Both the position numbers and the translations under genes were made by a program. From the NCBI RefSeq assembly GCF_037042905.1, contig NC_087245.1:20214001-20278000 (forward strand): 64,000 bases of DNA, given 5' to 3'. The stretch's first letter is position 1. Each line of letters starts with the position of its first letter. Origin of the DNA: Lytechinus pictus. Taxonomy: Eukaryota. Shown in pieces: positions 13,126 through 26,100 of this stretch. A model generated the notes under the pieces. That model was not told where the DNA came from. It saw only the letters and a list, made by a program, of their open reading frames with translations, and made no database searches.

Positions 13126-15019
13126 AAATATTATATAAAAAGATAAAGCAAATATGATTTTGTAGCAATGTGCTGATAATAAATACTCTAAGATACAATG
13201 TACACGCGTAAATTCTCTGTGGCATCTGAATACAAAAGACGATTTGAAATACTACTTCGAAGAGTGTTTTGGTCGTGTTGGAAATATGTATCTTCAGCGT
13301 GGCGCAATTGAATTAGCAATTACGGAAATGCAGTGTATTAAACTGTTCATCAGTCACTTCACTTCCGGTCTGACTACCCCATGAATCGAATTTCTTACTG
13401 TAGGGCTAGTTCAATCACCAATCAACCCATCATCGCTTCATCCATGCTTAAATCAACAAAGGCAATAAAACAAATACAAAATTGATAGAAGAAAGTACAT
13501 CCAGGCAATTGAATGGTGTTTTTCCTTTTCCTTTTCCTCCCGCAAGCGTATAATCGTATCTCTCCTTTTTTCATTTTCCTGTGATGATATTTGAGCGTAT
13601 TGCTTCCCAGGTAATCAGTTTACATAATTCTCCGAAGGCTCCTCGCTCGCTTGGTCATGACGTCACGAATCAATTGAATTTGGTTTGGATATCCATCAAG
13701 AATCTAGACCCAAAGTAGGCATTATCACCTTCCAATCGAAGGTGCGAGACCTGTGGAATAAAAATAAACACCCTCAACCCATCCCCCGAGTTTCCATGCC
13801 TTTCTGGTGTTACCTGAGGGCGGATGCCTGTGACCCTGTGGATTCTGCCCCACCAAGGAAACCGAAGGCCTATCGACAACAGCCCCAAACACAAACTCTA
13901 TCATCTTGCATCGCTGAAGGTTGGTCGATTGATTTGGAGTATCCATGGAGTCAGCTTGAAAATAGATCAGACTGGTTTGGCGTTGTGACCGAAGTTTTTT
14001 GGTGTACATCAAAATGTTTCGCATATAAGCGCCTTGTGCATACATAATGTCACAGAAGTATGGTCTACTAAACGCAAGTTTTCGATTAGTTTATAATCAA
14101 TCAAATAACAAAATAGTCTATCATTGGCGTTGAAAGACTTACGCCGTATTAGGATTAATTTAATCTTAACAACGGAAGATATTTAATGAATAAATTATGA
14201 TAAATATATCATAATCTTATTCAATTCAATTCAAGGTATATTAAAAACATGAGTCGCAGCAAAATGGCTGAATTGATCATGTATACAAAGTACAATTAAA
14301 AAACTCGTTACATATTACAAACCTTAAAAAGCAGTAACCTTTGTAAAAACTGACATAAGAAATATGTATATAGTTAATAAGGCAAGCATACTTAGGCAAT
14401 GAGAATAGCATTACTTATCCAATTCCGTTACCAACAAGGGAGAGGGGGTGGGGGAGGTCGGTTGGCCTCTTTGAAATTTTTAAAGTGATGAATAAAGAGA
14501 AAAAGAAAGTCGAGAAAAGAGATACAGAAGAAGAAACGATTAAAGAAAAAATGACCCAGAATACTATTGAAACTTACATCTTACATTTCATAAACAATAT
14601 ATTAAGATAATTTAGTCCCATATTGATCTACCGACCATTCTATTGACGTAAAATGAAATAAATGCATGTAATTCACTGAAAAATCACAGATTTAATTCAA
14701 TAATATGATATATATCTTTATTAATGCCTTATCATAATATTTTTACCTTTTTATTTTTAATTAGTTTGTAAATCAGGTCTTCAGGCACTCCGATGAAATA
14801 TATTATGTTCATTATCATCAATAATGTTAGCTAATAATGTTAGCTATGTTTGAACAATTTAATTTTCATGATATTCAATCTTACACAATTTATGAAATGT
14901 GTAAAATATGAAAAAAATCTATAAATCTTTTTAAAACTTACAAATGAATATATTCTTTTCATTCATTGTAACTTAAATATTTCATTATGAAATGAGTGAA
15001 AAGAGATAAGATATTAAAA

Positions 15020-15228
15020 CACTCTAAAAACACTGGGTAAACTTTGACCCAATTTTTGGTAGAAAGGGAACATTCATGTTTGCTGCGTATTTTTTACCCC
15101 ATATTGGACCCTTTCAACGCAACATTGCGTAAAATTTAGTAATTTACAAAATATTGGGTATATTTTTACCCAACTAACATGCATGTTCCCATTTTCCCCA
15201 ATATTGGGTAAACCTTTTTTATTAAGTG
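15020..15228. mobile_element. Degenerate CACT...AGTG MITE with ATATTGGGTA sub-repeats
   Basis: CACTCTAAAAA ... TTTATTAAGTG ends; repeated TTGGGTA/TACCCAA; inner inverted GGGAACAT/ATGTTCCC. Confidence 0.6.
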
Positions 15229-16545
15229 AAGTGTCATATATTTCTGGAAATATTTTTTTGTTCCCGCTATATTGTGACAAACTTTGAGACATTGAAACGG
15301 TATTCAAAATGAGTCTTCAACAGTATTCAAAATGATGTTCTCCGATCATATATTTTTAAACATGAATAATTTCAGCTTTAAATGTATTGCAATTTACATT
15401 ATAATGGACTGCGGCTTTGGCACATTGAAGAACACTTAAACAAAACTCCTGGCTTTGGGGGAAATATTTCTATAAAAAAAGTGTACAATATTTTGAAATG
15501 TTAACGCTTTCTGGTTTTGATTGCACTTAACCGCATTCTACTTTTATAGCAGGTGTCGTCATCATTATAAAGATGTGAATGAATACACGTCAGAAAAACA
15601 TGAATTTTGTATAAAATAATACCATGTGAGAATTCAAACGATTCCAGTTACTCTTTTTAGAAAGAACATGGATTGAAGGGGAAAAACCGCGTAAGATTGA
15701 TCAGTTTTCATATTGTACTGGTGTACGCATCACTTGTAATTCCAATTAGTGGCATAAACTATTTTTATAGCCCGTATAGGAAGTGTATATTATGCATGCA
15801 TAGGACCCCAATCATTCACGTGTGTCTTTCATTTTCATGATTAAAAAGCTGAAAGCATTATCGCATCATGTGGAAGAATGGTGTCAACAAATAATAGAGT
15901 GGAACGCCCTGTTTAATAATCAATGAGTACCAATCACGAAGGCATACCGACAAACTATTTTCAAATGGCGATATCTGGAAGACACCTATGAGAAAGATTT
16001 TCAAAGGGAAAGTACTTTTACTGCATCGTATTAATTGATTGAGAACCATGAGAAGAAATCGATTGTGGGTTTATTAATGGAATATCATTAAACATTAAAG
16101 AAACATGAGATTCACTACCGACTCTTAAACAATCTTACTCCGAGTATGAAATGTTGAGTGTAAATGCTTAATTATGAGATCTGTGAAATTATTCCATAAA
16201 AGGCCGTAGCATAATAAATAAAAAAATGTTGGGGCTAGAATTTCGCATTAATATCATTTTGTGATAGATTTTGACATATTATTCAGAAAATAATATCAAC
16301 ATTCATCCATTTTCCTTTCCTGCCTTTCATTTTCTGCTTTTTTTTTTATTGGTGGAGAGAATTTCAGGAGGTCCATTGCCCCCAAAGACCTAATTTGTAC
16401 GCCAGCAATATGAGGTGGATAAAGTTTATAAAATGAATGGGAATTAATCAATAGTTCCAGTTGAATACTGGGAAAACAAAAAGAGAGAAAGAGAGAGAGA
16501 GATGATGACACGATAAACATATACATTAAAAAATAAGAAAAGAAA

Positions 16546-16586
<41 letters not shown>

Positions 16587-17933
16587 GGTGAAAGTGGGAT
16601 ACTATTGGTTGCTTCCATACGACGGGGGGGGGGGGGGGTTGATATTTCGGAAGCAATAACGGGGTATGAAAGGGCTAACAATAGTAATAACGTTGTATTT
16701 AGAATGGTTTGCGTATGTGGGGATGCGTCTTTGTGTGTGTAGGTGCGTGGGTGTACACCGACCAATGGAAAGTTGACTGGGTGCTTCATGCAGAATAAAA
16801 GGAAAATAATCCCATTAAGATATGAGAGAAGTCCGATGTAAACATTAAGTTTTTTTAAGTCCACATAACAGATATTTGACAAGTATATATAAACTATTGA
16901 GAAGTGTATGTTTGGTAATAAAACTAAATCTTCTGTAAAAAAATAGGAAAACACTCAAATAAATATAGAAGAGTATAGTCAAAATGATTATACAAAATAT
17001 GAGAGAATTGAATTAACACTTTTTGGTACCATCAAAAGCTTGATGTGCTACCATCATTCGCATGTTCATCAAGATAGAATTTTATTTATCATTCTTATTC
17101 AAATATGACTTGCACTATAAAAGAAAGATGGCAATACACACTCTGTATTTGGTTTGACTCGTACTTTTTTGTTAATTGACTTTGCTAGTTTCTATTTCAC
17201 CCAATTTGTTTTCTGTCAGAATTTGGTTTTGAAGGATATTTTACCCCACAAAAATTAAATCTGCGATTTTATGTCATTCCTCAAATCAAATAAACTATAA
17301 GCTTTGTGTATAGATTCACGGGATAAAAAATGGATTAGAACGGCCTGTTGGAAGTAGGTCGAGTGCAAACCTAGATAGCGGTGTGCAACGTCTCAAAATG
17401 TGCAGGCTAATGCCGTTATAGGCGATATCTCTAATTAATATTTAACGAGAATATGAATGCAATACCATGCTAGGACGAATCTCAGGCCATCCTACTGTGT
17501 GATAAGATGGTGAATTGGAAGGTAGTTATTATATTTCGTCCGACAGCGAGTCTAGGAATCAAGATTGATCTCACCCTTTCAGAGTTATGTCTTAAAAGGA
17601 AATTAGAAAGAAATCCCGCATACCAACTTTATCGCGCAATTATGACCAAAAAAATGAAAGTTTGAAAATGCCGTTTGGTCTAAGTTGGTAGATTTGTCTT
17701 AGCTGTTCAGCTTAATCTGTTTTGATAGATATCTACTTACACTACTCTGATTATAATAAATTATAATAATGCACATAACAAATCTTAAAGTATGTATCAG
17801 TATTACGGAGTCAGCGCTCTAATATATTTTTCACCTTTCGATTGTCCATGTTGATTTTATTTATGATTTTTCCCTACCCAACCCTAATCGCGAAGTTTAT
17901 GTATATATATATATATATATATATATAGTTCCA

Positions 17934-18147
17934 TATTTTTAATGAGAAACTCCTTTAAAATTAACGATAAGATAACATCATCTTGCCAAGATACATGAAT
18001 ATACTCAACAAATAAATCTTTCACCCAGAGATTTTAGAGGCAAGAACCTGATCGGCACGTGCGAATTTTAAAAGCAGGCTTTATTTCAACCTAGGGAGCA
18101 CCTGTACAAGCTAACTCTGTAGAAGAAAATACATTGACTGAGAAACC

Positions 18148-18151
<4 letters not shown>
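17934..18151. mobile_element. ~220-bp (TA)n-associated interspersed repeat, copy 1
   Basis: Highly similar reverse complement of 39056-39280. Flanked on both sides by (TA)n-GTTCCATA (17928-17935 and 18198-18205). Confidence 0.85.
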
Positions 18152-18200
<49 letters not shown>

Positions 18201-18206
18201 CCATAA

Positions 18207-18297
18207 AATCCAAGACGCTCTTCCTTTTTTTTTAGTGTCTTGGGCGCCCTGCAGAGTGGATTTAGCGAATAGAATAGATCTATTATTATTATTGTTA
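18207..18297 (+). mobile_element. Probable decayed SINE/L2-type 3' tail
   Basis: GCGCCCTG..GTGGATTTAGCG..ATAG..TATTATTATTATT resembles the tail of the SINE at 62.5 kb. Confidence 0.4.
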
Positions 18298-19268
18298 TGG
18301 TCACTGTTATAATTTCTGTCGCAGTCACATCTACACCTAAACTGACTCCAGACCGATCAAAGCTGTTGCATTAAATCGATATCGGTTGGTTGGGCTGAAA
18401 CATAATCACGTGAGTTTATCACCTGACATTTAAAGCGGTTTTATGATCCATTCGACAATGAATGCATTTTATATAAAGGGTTATTTCTTCTTGTTTACTT
18501 CATGGCCAAACGTTTGTAGTCTAAACACGTAAAATAAGAAAGGCTTTTTTGATATTTTACGAACCAAATTGAATTTCGTTATGCTTGTGAATATCAAGGT
18601 CGGTTTTCTTCATTCTTCCTTATCAGAATTTAGGCAGACAATCCTAAAAACAACCCGTTGTTGGATAAACTGACCACGAAACCAAAAATGGACTCAAAAC
18701 CTGAACAATTCTTTATGGTTAGTAAGAGGATTTCTTCCTAATCTAGAAATACTTCGATCAAAAAGCTCAAAATAGAGCTTTTTAAAATTCACATTCATCT
18801 GCTATAGTAGAAAGCTTTATCAGCGATGGTAGCACTGAAATCACCACAACTTAGCATTCGAAGTCTGTGTTTGGGAATCCGTCTTATGCACGAAAAGGAA
18901 TGCATCTTTTGATCTCTTTACATTATGGGAACAAATGCAGAGGACTGAAAATAAAAATAGCATTTGAAGTAGCTACAAGTATATGCTATATATGTAATCG
19001 CCAGTTCGTAGTGTTGTAATTTAAAATAAGAAAACGAAATCTCGTTCCTTAAGCAAAACTGTCGGCATTAATATCGCAATAATAATTGAGTTTCCTCTAA
19101 CCATGGAAGGAATGTGACTATAAACGGAATGAAGGAACTAAGTATTTATAACTGTTAGAAGAATTGTAACTATATAAATTGCGACGAAAAAAAAACCACA
19201 GCAGAAAAATGCCAATTGAAATGAGATATTCAAAGAATTTTGTTTATAACTCCTTTATCAAATTTATT

Positions 19269-19447
19269 CCAGGGGGCCGTTTCATAAAGCTGTTCGTAAG
19301 TTAAGAGCGACTATAAGAACGACTGGTGATCCTATCTTACGTCCTTAACCATCGCCCAAGAATATATCATTTACCACAAGAAAGGATCACCAGTCGTTCT
19401 TAAAGTCGCTCTTAACTTACGAACAGCTTTATGAAACACCCACCTGG
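19269..19447. mobile_element. Palindromic MITE
   Basis: ~60-bp near-perfect inverted arms GTTTCATAAAGCTGTTCGTAAGTTAAGAGCGAC..GAACGACTGGTGATCCT, bounded by CCAGG/CCTGG. Confidence 0.9.
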
Positions 19448-20402
19448 TTCCATGCTATTAAGGCACCTTTAAATCATTCAAGTTTTTAAAATCATAAATA
19501 TTCAGCTTCCCACAATATATGTTTGTGAAACCGGAATCAGAAAGCTAAAAAAACACCACAAAACACTAAAGTGCATAAGTAGAGCGTCAATGAACCTGTA
19601 TTTGTTCGGCATTGAAATAAGATGACTAAAGTGTCGTAAAAATAAAGATATACTGTGAAGATTTTTACATACAAAGATTCCATTACGATTTCCGATAAAA
19701 AAAAGATTAATCTCAATTTTCATTCACGTTTTGAAAAAAAGAGAGGAAGTAATGAATAAACTTCATGTTCTTCTAGTATACCATGCAGAACGAAGCAAAC
19801 AGAAAATATGTCAATAAATGAAGGAGAAGAAACATTTCATCAACTTTTGTCTTAGATTTATCTACATAAATTGTCTTAGATATGGTTTGGGATCAAATAT
19901 CAAAGAGTTGTGAATAAATCATGTGTATTACCAGAGAAACGAAACAAAAAGGGAAGACACATGATAACCCCTCCCCCCAATTTGTCAAGTAATTAAGGTG
20001 AAACATTCAGTTGAATAAGTTTCCATTATATAGCATTATCTAAAGACGTTCAAAATTTATATCTCTCATTTTCGAGTCCCCACTCAGTCCTATCAAATTA
20101 GGCAAGCCGATTTGAGAGTGGAGGAGATAGGAATGAATTATGTGCAAACTACAGACGACAGATGAGGGACGTGGCGTCGGATGAGCAAAGGAGGTAACAA
20201 TGAACCTTTTAAAGGTTAAGATTCATTTCCTTTCCACTAACCCACTTACCCAGTGATTATTGTGTTCTCCATCGCAATTTTATCAGATATTACATAGACT
20301 AATCCCTTTTTTACGCTTCAGTGTCGAATTAAGTCTACCACAATCTGAAATAAAAATGCACCATCTGGTCATCTTCCTTAGATATGAATATATACATGCA
20401 TT

Positions 20403-20406
<4 letters not shown>

Positions 20407-20492
<86 letters not shown>

Positions 20493-20650
20493 TGCGTGAG
20501 GGTGTGTGTGTCTGGGTGCGGGTGTGTATGCTTGTGGATATGGGGATAAGTGGATGTGATTGGGTGTGTTTTTGATTGGCGGGTATGTTGGTCCGTGTGT
20601 AATTGGGTGTGTGTGCGTGTATATGAGATGATGATGTGTGTGTGTATATA
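20407..20650. repeat. (TA)n(TG)n microsatellite with degenerate TG-rich tail
   Basis: Directly visible; explains the YIYI/HTHT ORFs. Confidence 0.95.
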
Positions 20651-21995
20651 CTGGCACCGTAAGATATCAACAGATTATCACACCACAGAGTGAAATCAAT
20701 AAGGAGGCATTATGAAATATTATTTCCTTATCTCTTCTACAAATCTTCTCTATTACGGATGTCAAGGTAACAGGACAATACACATCAAGATTCTATAGGT
20801 ATGGGCATTGACATTATTTTCCTGTTGGAGAGGTTTGATTTATGCCTATTCTGATCTTCAATATTCTAAAACTATAGCATAAAAAGAATTTGGTCAGCAA
20901 AAAGCCAGAATAAAGGTTAAGTCATACAGTTGTTCCATTTGTAGATGAAAATTAGGCCTGACATCTGACGACGTCTTATATCAATTTATTTCTTTCTATT
21001 TTTCAGGCAGCTTTCGTCTTTTATAAGCTATTGGTTGGAATTCAATGGTGCAACTGTCAAGTAATGCTGTATGACACACTAGGGTTATATTTGAAGAAAA
21101 TCATAAAGTTGCGTGTCGTAAACCAAAGTTTTACTATCACCATTGGTTGCCTTCACAAAGATTAATCAATAATTAACGGTTGGAAGGGAAGATGCGAACA
21201 CCTGTTTGCCAGTAAAGAGTATCGTACTTCCTTATTTACTATCGGTATTTCAATAGGTGAGGTCGAACTCAAAAGCATAATATTGATCATTTGATAAATG
21301 ATGAGAAGGGCAGGTCAAAAATGTGAAAATACATAATTCGTGTGGAAAAGAGAGGTCGCCTCATCTCGTACAACACAAATATATCTTCAAGATTTTGTCA
21401 AATCATTGGAAAGAGATATATTTTAAGAATTTCGAAAGCGTCTGACGAAATTTGCTGCAACACACGATTAATTTGATAACCTTAATTTTTGTTGGAGGCT
21501 GATGAGTCTAACCGGAGTTTTCAACCAAGGGATATATTTGATCAGTATTAAACATCATGACGTTTTTACAAGAGTGAGTGAGAGAGAGGGAAAGGGGGAG
21601 GGGGGGGGGGGGGGGGGGAGAAGAGAGAGAGAGAGAAAGAGAGAGGGTGAGAGAGGCCAGGATGACTCGCATTTCTCATTCATCTTATATACCTCCTTAA
21701 TGAATATAAACTTAAAATAAATATCTAGGAGAAATCTTTGATGCTTTCAAGATCTAATTCATATGCGAAGATAATCCATTGTCCAGACCAACCAGTGTGG
21801 TTTTTCACAAAGTTGCTCGGTGATCTGTTCTTGTGCTAGATGGCATAACCCTGATCAAATTTGACAGATAATAAACATTGCATATCAAGACGCTTATGTT
21901 AACAGCGCGGATTTTCATCTACAAAAACAATGTTCAAACGTTAGCTGATGGGAATCAAAATGATTAAGAATTTATTTGGCAACAAGAATATGTCA

Positions 21996-22131
21996 CCAGT
22001 GTCCTGTAACGCAAAGCTTAGCAAAGATCGTATAACATTTTTTACGATTGATTCCACTGACTACAATGTACAATCAATCGTAGAAATCAAGCGTACGATT
22101 AATCGCTAACCTTTGCCGTACGGGACCCAGG
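21996..22131. mobile_element. Palindromic MITE
   Basis: GTCCTGTAACGCAAAGCTTAGC..ATCGTA..TACGATTGATT versus AATCAATCGTA..TACGAT..GCTAACCTTTGCCGTACGGGAC. Confidence 0.75.
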
Positions 22132-23095
22132 CTGCAAAGTGGTGCGTATTCATAACTTACAACTATATGAAACAACCTCCCAGTTAGAGTTGGGATGTAA
22201 TGTTTGACCATAATGGTAAAACAAATTGTCTGAGGAAACATGATGGTGGATATATTTAAGTGGCAAAATATGAAATCGCATATTAATTGATTAAATATTG
22301 CATTTTTAGAATTTGCAAGGTAGTTATAAAGGCTATCATTTAACCCATCTGAACAGAAATGAGCCATGCAAATTCGATCAGGGGTAAATATCATAATTGA
22401 ATGGGGGATGGGATAGGGTGGTGGAATAGATGAGAGGTGGAGTTAAGAAAGAGAGAGACAGAAATAGCGTCTTCCTATAACAGCCAGTTTGATGAAATTA
22501 CTGGAAAAGTACTCTACCGAACGACTGTCTGGTAAACTTGACATTAATCAGGGCACGGTAACCAATCTGACGTTGATAGCCCACTTCGTAAATAGAAAAC
22601 ATGGAAGAGTGGAGAGGGTACAACGGTGGACAGGACCATCAAGATTGACATCCTGGGAAAAAGATGGGAGAGGTCAAAAGACCTGAGGAGAAAACAAGAG
22701 AAAGAGAGAGGAAGAGAATTGAAAAAGCAATAATACACGGGAATAAGGTTCGAGAATTGCGATTAGAATTTCATTCGATGAAGATGTATAGATTGAAATA
22801 TGAAGGAAATGGTAGAAAAAAGAAATAGAACAAAATAACCAGAAGTATACAAATGAAGTGTTTAAAATATCACCTGGGTAATAAAACTAGTTAATATTTA
22901 GATGAAGATTACTAAAAAAAATATATGTATATATGCTCCAGCCTAATGAGCAATTTACACAATGACTGATGCAAGATGGCAGGAGCATGATCATGTGATC
23001 AATCTTGTTGTGAGTTAGCACTATTAGCGTGAAAAGGCGCGAAGTGGTCAGGTCAAGGAAATAGGGCAGTGTGAAGATATACCTGCAAAAGCAGG

Positions 23096-23182
23096 TAAGA
23101 TACTGAAAGAAACAAATATGAGTACAAACCACCTGTATAAGATACTGAAAGAAACAAATATGAGTACAAACCAGCTGTATAA
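23096..23182. repeat. 42-bp tandem duplication
   Basis: TAAGATACTGAAAGAAACAAATATGAGTACAAACCA(C/G)CTGTA twice, one mismatch. Confidence 0.95.
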
Positions 23183-26100
23183 AAAAAATCGTTGGCTTCT
23201 GAATGTATGAAGCGTGCGCTAGTGTTTCTTTGCGATTGTGGGAGCGTGTGGGTCACTTCATGTGTGGTCATAAGGGATTTTCTTGTATAGCCACGTAAGG
23301 AAGATCCAAGAACATAGAAAATATATTGTCAAATGCCCTTCATGACAAAGACAGCCAAGAAGTCTTTGTCGAAAATTGGTAAATAACAACAGCAGTTTCA
23401 TCCGTGACTCTGGTCAAACGATATATTTTCGACAAAGACTTTCAAGCTGTTCTTCGTCGTTTTGAATGGCATTTTGAATACATTTACTCTATTCTCGAAA
23501 CCTCCCTACGTCGTGACATGATATTTCCGATTGTTTTGGGGAACAGAACATCGTGCAACACTTTAAATCCTCATATAAAGTTCAAAACAATAATAACATT
23601 AAAAGAAAACAATGCAGTTCATCCATAAGTATGCATTGCGTGGGATTTTGTGTGCGTGGTATGTGAGGGGTGTGCGCGTGTCTCTGTATTAAGAGTGGAA
23701 CTATTCTCAGGTTAGCAACATAATAAGCTGTTGACCTGTTTTGATCCCTGCATCTAATGACTTGCGTAGCTTGTACGTTTCCTAACGTTTATTATTTTTT
23801 TCCGCTTTTTTACTTTTTCCGTTTTTATTATACTTTTTAGAAATATTTTTTCAAAGATGCAAATAAAATTCCACACTAGTCAATTAATAAATTTCAATGA
23901 ATACACGGCATAGAATAAGAAAAGTACGTAAGTCAATAATTACGGTTAGCAGGAAAACATCCCTTTTTTATCGTTGCCACAATCTTGCCAATAGATCACA
24001 GTAAATAAATTAGCTTATTGTGAAGAAGTAGAAAGAAATCACATGAATGCTAATATATTTATATTAATTGTATATTATCGATGAAGACTTTATTTCATGT
24101 AATTGGTCGGAGTCGGTCGCTTTTGTGTCTGACACCTGCAGTCGCAGCGTTCCCAACGGTAGTACAACGTTAATTGGTGACTGCTCGTTTTAAGGTCATT
24201 AGTATGACTGCAATGAAATTAGGACGGTAAAAAAAGGATTTTATTCCCCTGCTCGACATTATTCAATTCGGAGCGACAGACCTTTTGTGAATTTAAAAAC
24301 AAGGTATTCCAGTTACATTCGAAATGAATAGCAATATATTTTACCACTTTGACGACTGTCAGTTTGAGAGAATAGCGTTTGTCAGTGCAATAAATTAAGA
24401 AATAAAAAAAGCTTAACACACCCTTAGGCATATATTACTGACACTTAATTAAGCAATTCTTTTGAGCATCAGATTAGTATTTTCATCCATGAAGAAAAAA
24501 TAGGCTATTAATATCCATGGAGAAAAATGCAATATTTGTTTGGCTCATACGGTGTAATAAAATATGTAGTAGTTGTGTAAGGGAGTGTTTGCGATCTCTC
24601 AAGATTAATTGAAATCTCTGAAAACAAAAATACAATCGCCTAATAACTTTTGGTGACAACTTACTTTGTTAGAATCTAATAATGACTCGGTCGAAGAAAT
24701 TTAATTTTTCATATCTACAGGATAGGTAGATCTATAAAATAAATACCTCGTAGCTCTGTGTTTGTTTGTAAACTACACCCAATCATAAACCCCTCAAACC
24801 GCGAACCCCCTAAACAAATACAAAGCAAAATCAGAATAAGCGGATAAAAATTGAAAAAAATGGTACACCAAACAGTAGAGTATGGATACTTAGAGATATT
24901 TCCCAGGAGTCAAGGGCTTCCGTAAGCTACATGTTACGGATGAGATTAGGATCAAAGTTAATCTGGAAGTCAGAAGGGAGATAATGATATAAACACCACG
25001 AGCGCCTAATCTATAGGGAGGAGTGAGGGACCGGGCGGGGACGGTAGGTGTCAAAAAGGGGCCTATTTCTGTCAATTGGTGCCAAATTTAGTGACATCTG
25101 CTTTTTCGTTCGGTTAGTGCAAAGACATGAAGGAGATGTTTAGAGGATATACGGCGTCAGGCAGGCAAATCAAATCAAATCAAGGATTAGTCAGCCTGTG
25201 GGTTGGATTAAAATAGCAGTTAAGCTTCATGGGGAAAGGGTTTAATGGCAACAAGTATCTGAAATATAGCTATTGCTAACAGACCCGATTGCATATTACC
25301 TTTATACATGTTATTGTTTTAATCGGATGTGACCCTCGTGCACATGGGTATCTGCGTTAAGAAAGACCAACCTTTGTCATTTCAGGCACAAATATGGAAG
25401 TAATCCGAAAAAGTTGATGAAGTAGATATATCATAATTGACCCAAGACGTGTGGTAATCTAATGAAGAGAGCGATCCGCCATTGTAGTGCCTTCGTCATT
25501 GCGTCATTGCAGGTCATGATCATTTACATGATATTTGATATTTCTTTATTTAAACGAGTGCACACATAGATACCAAGAAAATGTATAGTGTTAGTGTTAT
25601 AGCCTTACTGACGGGCATTAGTTTTGGACAGGGATCGAATCCCGGACTAATTAACTGTGATACATTTCGCCCTAGAACGGTTTGGCATAAGTTGAGCAAT
25701 TTGTTAACTCAGCAGCCCTTGAAAATAGAGCTCCAGGATGCTAACATGATGGTGGGCATGATGGAGGTGCGTTTACAAGCATGATGCAAAACTACTCTTC
25801 TACAATATCGACATTCAATTAAAGGGGGTTAAGATGTGACAACTCTATACGTTTCAAGTAATTATAAATAAAAAGGAGGAAGAAACAAGAGAGAGAGGGA
25901 GAAAGAGAGAGAGAGGGGGGGGGGGGAGGAAAGGAAAAAATCTACCGTAATAATAATGATATGTATATTTGTAAATGATTACATCTGGTTAATCTTTCGT
26001 ATGAAATTTTAATTGATTTTGAGTAAAATCAACGATTTATAACTTAAAAGTAAAAAATAGTTGATTTTATTCAATGGATGATTAATTTCAATAGTCTTTA

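Noticed and set aside
13670..14047. Overlapping 74-120 aa ORFs
   Set aside because: No recognisable protein features; better explained as GC-elevated non-coding DNA.
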